DNA of 64,000 nt, taken from positions 23,900,669-23,964,668 of the forward strand of contig CM119265.1 of NCBI GenBank assembly GCA_051294375.1, given 5' to 3'. The notes under the pieces are model-generated. The model was not told where the DNA came from. It did no database searches and worked only from the letters and a program-made list of their open reading frames with translations. Source of the stretch: Paraspadella gotoi. Its lineage: Eukaryota > Animalia > Chaetognatha. Position numbers and translations under genes: made by a program. Below, one piece after another: positions 59,370-64,000 of this stretch (positions are counted from its first letter, which is position 1; each line of letters begins with the position of its first letter).

Positions 59370-61310
59370 TCAAAGTTCCATCGCGAACTGGACTAAAGCG
59401 AAGAGGAAACCAACGGTCATAGTCAAACGAAGAGGCTGGGGAAAAAAAAAGAATATTAAAATAGTTAATTGTTTTAGAATTAATTAAAAACCCAATCTTC
59501 CCGTAAAAGTTGACAACTTCATTCATGTCGACGAGGCTTTTCAAAAGGATGAAGCTTACGATCAAATTACCATTATTTTTTTCATTGTTTAAAAAGCTTA
59601 ATTTACTGACGATATCTCTTTAAAAATACTTTTTACCCCACTTCGAGTCCGTCACGCTTTTTAAGCGGCTTAAGCGGTTGCTCTAACCTTTTCCAGCTTC
59701 GAGGACTTTGATTTAGAGATGCTAGGGTCCTCATCCAAATTATTTTTCTTTTCTACTGTATCTTCGTCGATGCCAAAGTCACAATCTTCAAAGCTGCGTT
59801 GTCCAGTCTTATTGCAAACGGAATCAAACCTTGCTTTCGAAACGAGGTAAGGCCGACGGCCTTCAATTTAATAATCATAAAAGATAAATTTTTAAACCAT
59901 CGATAATCATTTCAATTAGTAATTATAAATTAGATTATACCGAAATAATTTTCGGGTCACGTGATCGTTTATTGAGGTGACTGCACAAGTATGAAACATC
60001 TAAAACATAAGTGGGACAGACCAACGGGCAGAGAGACAGCGACTTATAAGGTGACCGACAAACTGAAAAGTGAGTACTCAGTTAAAATTGTTTTACCTTT
60101 TTATTTATAAATTTTGAACTTTTCCTCATTATCTCGTCTTATTTGTCGGATTCTGCTTCAGCACCCACCGCCAAGCCTCTGCCAGTTTTCCCCATCTCAA
60201 TAGACAATTCTGCTCACCCATAAACCATTGTGCTGCTGGTAAATAGTAGCAAACAAAAATGTCGCGTCCTATAGCGGGCCCTTGGCGACAGGTAGTTTTG
60301 CCGCAGCCGACTTCCGTCGTCTCGTCCCAAACCATCTGCGCCCAAGAAAGATTGTTGTTTTTTTGTTAATATAATGTTCATGTTAATTTAGGCAAATAGT
60401 AAATAGAACGGAGGTGGCAAAAAATAAAGGGGACTCGAAATTAATTCAATTATTTATAAAGATTAAAAATTCATATAAGCTATCTTGCGCGTGACCTTTG
60501 ACAGGCTATCGTGAGTTAAGGCTTCCATTCCTCTTACAAGATAATGACATAGCGGATCCCTGCAAGCTTTTAATTAAGATTCTCTCACAGTCTAGTTCAT
60601 TCACTCCCAGAGTGCCGGGCTTCCCCATCAATGAAGTGGTATAATGATTGAAAGAATGCTTTAAATGTATAAAAGGACCACTCCCTTTAATATTACATCG
60701 CGGAATACTTTGATATACTCCGCACTATCATCAAAATACGATGAGCTGACAGATATGAAAACTTAAGGACTCGTAAGAATTAAAATAAAAAAAGAAGTGA
60801 GGGATTTAAACCTGCTGATAATTTTTGCATCTTCCCAACCCAGCGCATTTGTTATTGCAGTAGTCGTAATGTTCAGATTCGGATGCCCAACGGTCCATTG
60901 CAAATTTAGCGTCGAAACAGCCAGCACTGAGAGACAAAAAGTTATCGCCGACTTTTTCCTCAATTCCGGTAACGTCCTTGACGAATGAGGGTTCCGAGCT
61001 TGGGCTTCTTTTCTCGCACTTATCAGCCCACATTTTTGCCGCCTTAGCCAATTTATGATTCCAAGTCAACTAGGAGAAATTTTACAGATAAAACATTGAG
61101 AATGTGTATAACAGCTTTTTAAGAGTTGCGACAGAGATGACTCACTTTGGGCAGCTTGGTCTCCGGGGGGCAAGGCTTCACTGTGGCTCTGTGATGGTTG
61201 TGATTGTCAAGCATGAGCTGTTCTTCATCCGTCACGCTGGGATTTGATAATCCATTGGCGATGACCCAAAAGAAGATGATATTGAATAGAGCAGAATCAC
61301 AAAATTCCAT
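59370..61310 (-). CDS. CAP/SCP (GLIPR1/PI16-like) secreted protein with a probable GPI signal (~259 aa). Exons 61310-61146, 61069-60812, 60335-60218, 59860-59688, 59435-59370
   Basis: Signal peptide; LDNHNHHRA, LTWNHKLAKAAKMWADKC, WASE..YDY, YQQMVWDETTEVGCG, FVCYYLP, GRRPY. Last exon encodes hydrophobic PLRLTMTVGFLFALVQFAMEL*. Confidence 0.88.
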
Positions 61311-62181
61311 TTCTTTTGTTTTTTTTCTTTTAATAATAATAATAAAAAAATAAAAAAATAATAAAAAAATAAAAAAAATAAAAAAAAGTATAAAAAAAAG
61401 TTGATAAACAGTTGGAGTAAGCGTTTTATTTAGCGTTTTTAATTTTTAACATTTGTAATAACATCAGAGGAGATCGCCCGAGCCTCCGATCCGATTTACT
61501 TTTGGTGGCTTGATACTCCTGCTATGATAAACATGGATTTCTAAGACCAACTCAAGTGAATATATTTCTGACAAGAGAGACGACGATGAGAAACACACAG
61601 GCGTCTAGATCAATGATAAGTCTAATTGAACATGCTAGCTCTATTTATATGTTCATATGCCTTTCCTTAAGTTTTTAAACATTAATTTGCCGTTTTCTTT
61701 TTATAAAATTTTTTTCATACAAATCATACCTGAGTACTTAATCCTTAATTATTGGGTCAGTCATATCTTGAATTTATTAATTCTTCCTTAATAGTCAAGC
61801 CTTTTCGGTTGCCCGTCATTTTCATTTTAAAAAGCGAATTGATGACTGAATTTTTGGTCGGTCGGTCCAGCTCATAATTAAAAAATTAAAACCTGTTAGC
61901 CTAAAAATGTTTTTTATAGGTAAAAAAATAATAATAAAGCCGAGACATATATTGAATAATGAAACAAAATGAAACCTAAAACTTAAAACTTGCGCGTACA
62001 AGGCGCAACTGATTGACCCGCTAAAAAAAAAAAAAGATTTTCTCATTTTTTCGTCTCGACTTTCCTTTTCGCCATCAACATTTCCCTCCACGATCGTTAA
62101 TGCGTCTAGTTGAGTTTTACACGTCGTTTCCCACCTCCTCTTGCTCCTCCTCATCCCCTCTTGCTCCCTTCCTCCCCTTCT

Positions 62182-62260
<79 letters not shown>

Positions 62261-62374
62261 ATAAAACTCATAATTTCTTAACGACGTAAATCGCATAACT
62301 GATTCTTTAAGCTTCCCGAGTTGATTAGATATAAAAGGTTGTCACTGTAATCGTCCTTGCCAGTAGTTGTTTCC

Positions 62375-62439
<65 letters not shown>

Positions 62440-62532
62440 AGAGAGACCGCACGACCTTGTCGTGGATTCTGGGGCCTTGAATCTCGGGCTTGGATAACCT
62501 TTAACGCGAAGGGACACGTGTTATACAAAGAA

Positions 62533-62563
<31 letters not shown>

Positions 62564-63791
62564 TGTTATACCTCTGCGATAGGGATTTTCTTTCCCGCGT
62601 TTCATCGTCGTGATATTTCTCACCTCGTTTTTTTATGACCCGACTTGTTTCTAGATTATCCTTTCTAGGTGATCCTTCCTTTTTACGTATAAATCTTTTT
62701 CCTCATTAGTAATACTTTCTCCTATCTTAGGCTTCTTTAATTTTTTCGTTCTTTTTTCTCTTGTATTTTTTGTTTTTATTCTCTCTTTCTTTATTTCATT
62801 GTAATTTTCTTTTTATTTCTCTCTTTCTCAAACTTTCAACGTCGCCTTTGCTTCTCATCCTTTTATAAACAACTCTTACTTCCCCCTGCGCTTTCTTAGT
62901 TTCTCTTTATTTCCTTCAAATTCTTTCTTTTGTTTATCTTCTTTCGTGAAAAGAAGTTTAAAGTCGCTTGTGGTTCATCTTTTTTTTCATCGTCTTCTTT
63001 CTGATCTTATTTCTCCTTTTAATCCGCATTTTTTATTCTTTACGATTCTGTTTTTCTTTCTCTTTTCTTTTTTCCCTCATTCATCCATCACCCTCTTTCT
63101 TCACTGTTCATTATTACATACAGCGTATCAATAATTATAAATTTTAAAAGTGACGAAGAAACAACATTGTACGGATTAAAAATACTTTGTTAGGCTATAT
63201 TTTTAAAATATACAGATACCCAATACACAATATACAAAAAAATATTTAAATTTCAAATTGGTCTTTTGTAAAATTTTCTAACAGATTCGGATTCGTGATA
63301 AAAGTAAATAAAAAAAGTATAAATTTTGATTAAGTTAGTCAAAAATCTAAAAAGCTATATTATAATTGTAAACTTCAATATCGTTTTACAATTTGTAATC
63401 GAAATAATTTGTCAAAATGATTTATATTTTCATTTATCAACTTTGAAAAGTAAATCTGACAACAAAATTAAAAAAAAAATTGAAATTTTAAGGTTTTATA
63501 CGGATAGTACTCCGTATATATTTATAATTATGAATATAACTGCAAAATCAAAGACATGAAATTGATTTTTTTTCAATTTGATCTTTATTGGCGTAACGTT
63601 GTTCATGATTGAATTTTAGAATTTTAATACACAAATTTCACTACGCTCTAATGTTTATACACCTCTCTTATGAAATTGGTACAACCAATATAAAAATCAT
63701 CCATTCATTCAATAACTAATCTATCTTGCCCTCTGACTTTATAATATAACTAAGCTATCTTACCCGCTGACTTTATAATATATCTAAATAC

Positions 63792-63975
63792 CAGTTCTCT
63801 TCCACAAATCCTTTCTCTCTATCGACTTCTCTTTTCTTTTCCTCCACATAATCCTCCCTCCCTCTCTTCTCTCCTCCCCCTCCTCCTCCTCCTCCTCCTC
63901 CCACTCCTCCTCTCCTTCCCGTCCAGGTCTGGCTTTCCGTATCCTAGCGACGTCGCGTAAACACGCCGCCGCCAT
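63792..63975 (-). other. Possible first coding exon of a minus-strand gene (MAAACLRDVARIRK...)
   Basis: CAAAATGGCGGCG start context and a G|GTATTT donor. No downstream exons or homology recognised. Confidence 0.2.
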
Positions 63976-64000
63976 TTTGTTTTCTTTTCTTTTTCTCCAT

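Overview
Eukaryotic (invertebrate-animal-like) genomic DNA: intron-rich, with abundant (AG)n and (GAC)n microsatellites and scaffold gaps. Manual splicing gives seven recognisable genes. CEP290 (3' part; one >4.7-kb exon plus a last exon) lies 181 bp upstream of DYNC2LI1 (9 exons), which carries a Ly6/quiver-like three-finger gene nested on the SAME strand in intron 6. A Reeler-cytochrome b561 (FRRS1-like, no DOMON) gene carries a complete PIPOX/sarcosine-oxidase gene nested on the same strand in intron 1. There is also an SLC5/SGLT transporter and a GPI-type CAP gene. An 81-aa two-exon orphan ORF missed by the ORF track is also present. Non-coding highlights: short Penelope-like hairpin insertions carrying minimal hammerhead-ribozyme cores (two copies with compensatory stem-II changes and flanking direct repeats), a ~70-nt tandem array built from an SLC5 exon end plus splice sites, a Kolobok-type TTAA MITE, HINE-like repeats and a tRNA-derived SINE head. 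The segments 25.8-28.3 kb and ~41-56.8 kb look like gap-filling duplicates or low-accuracy long-read sequence and should be treated cautiously.
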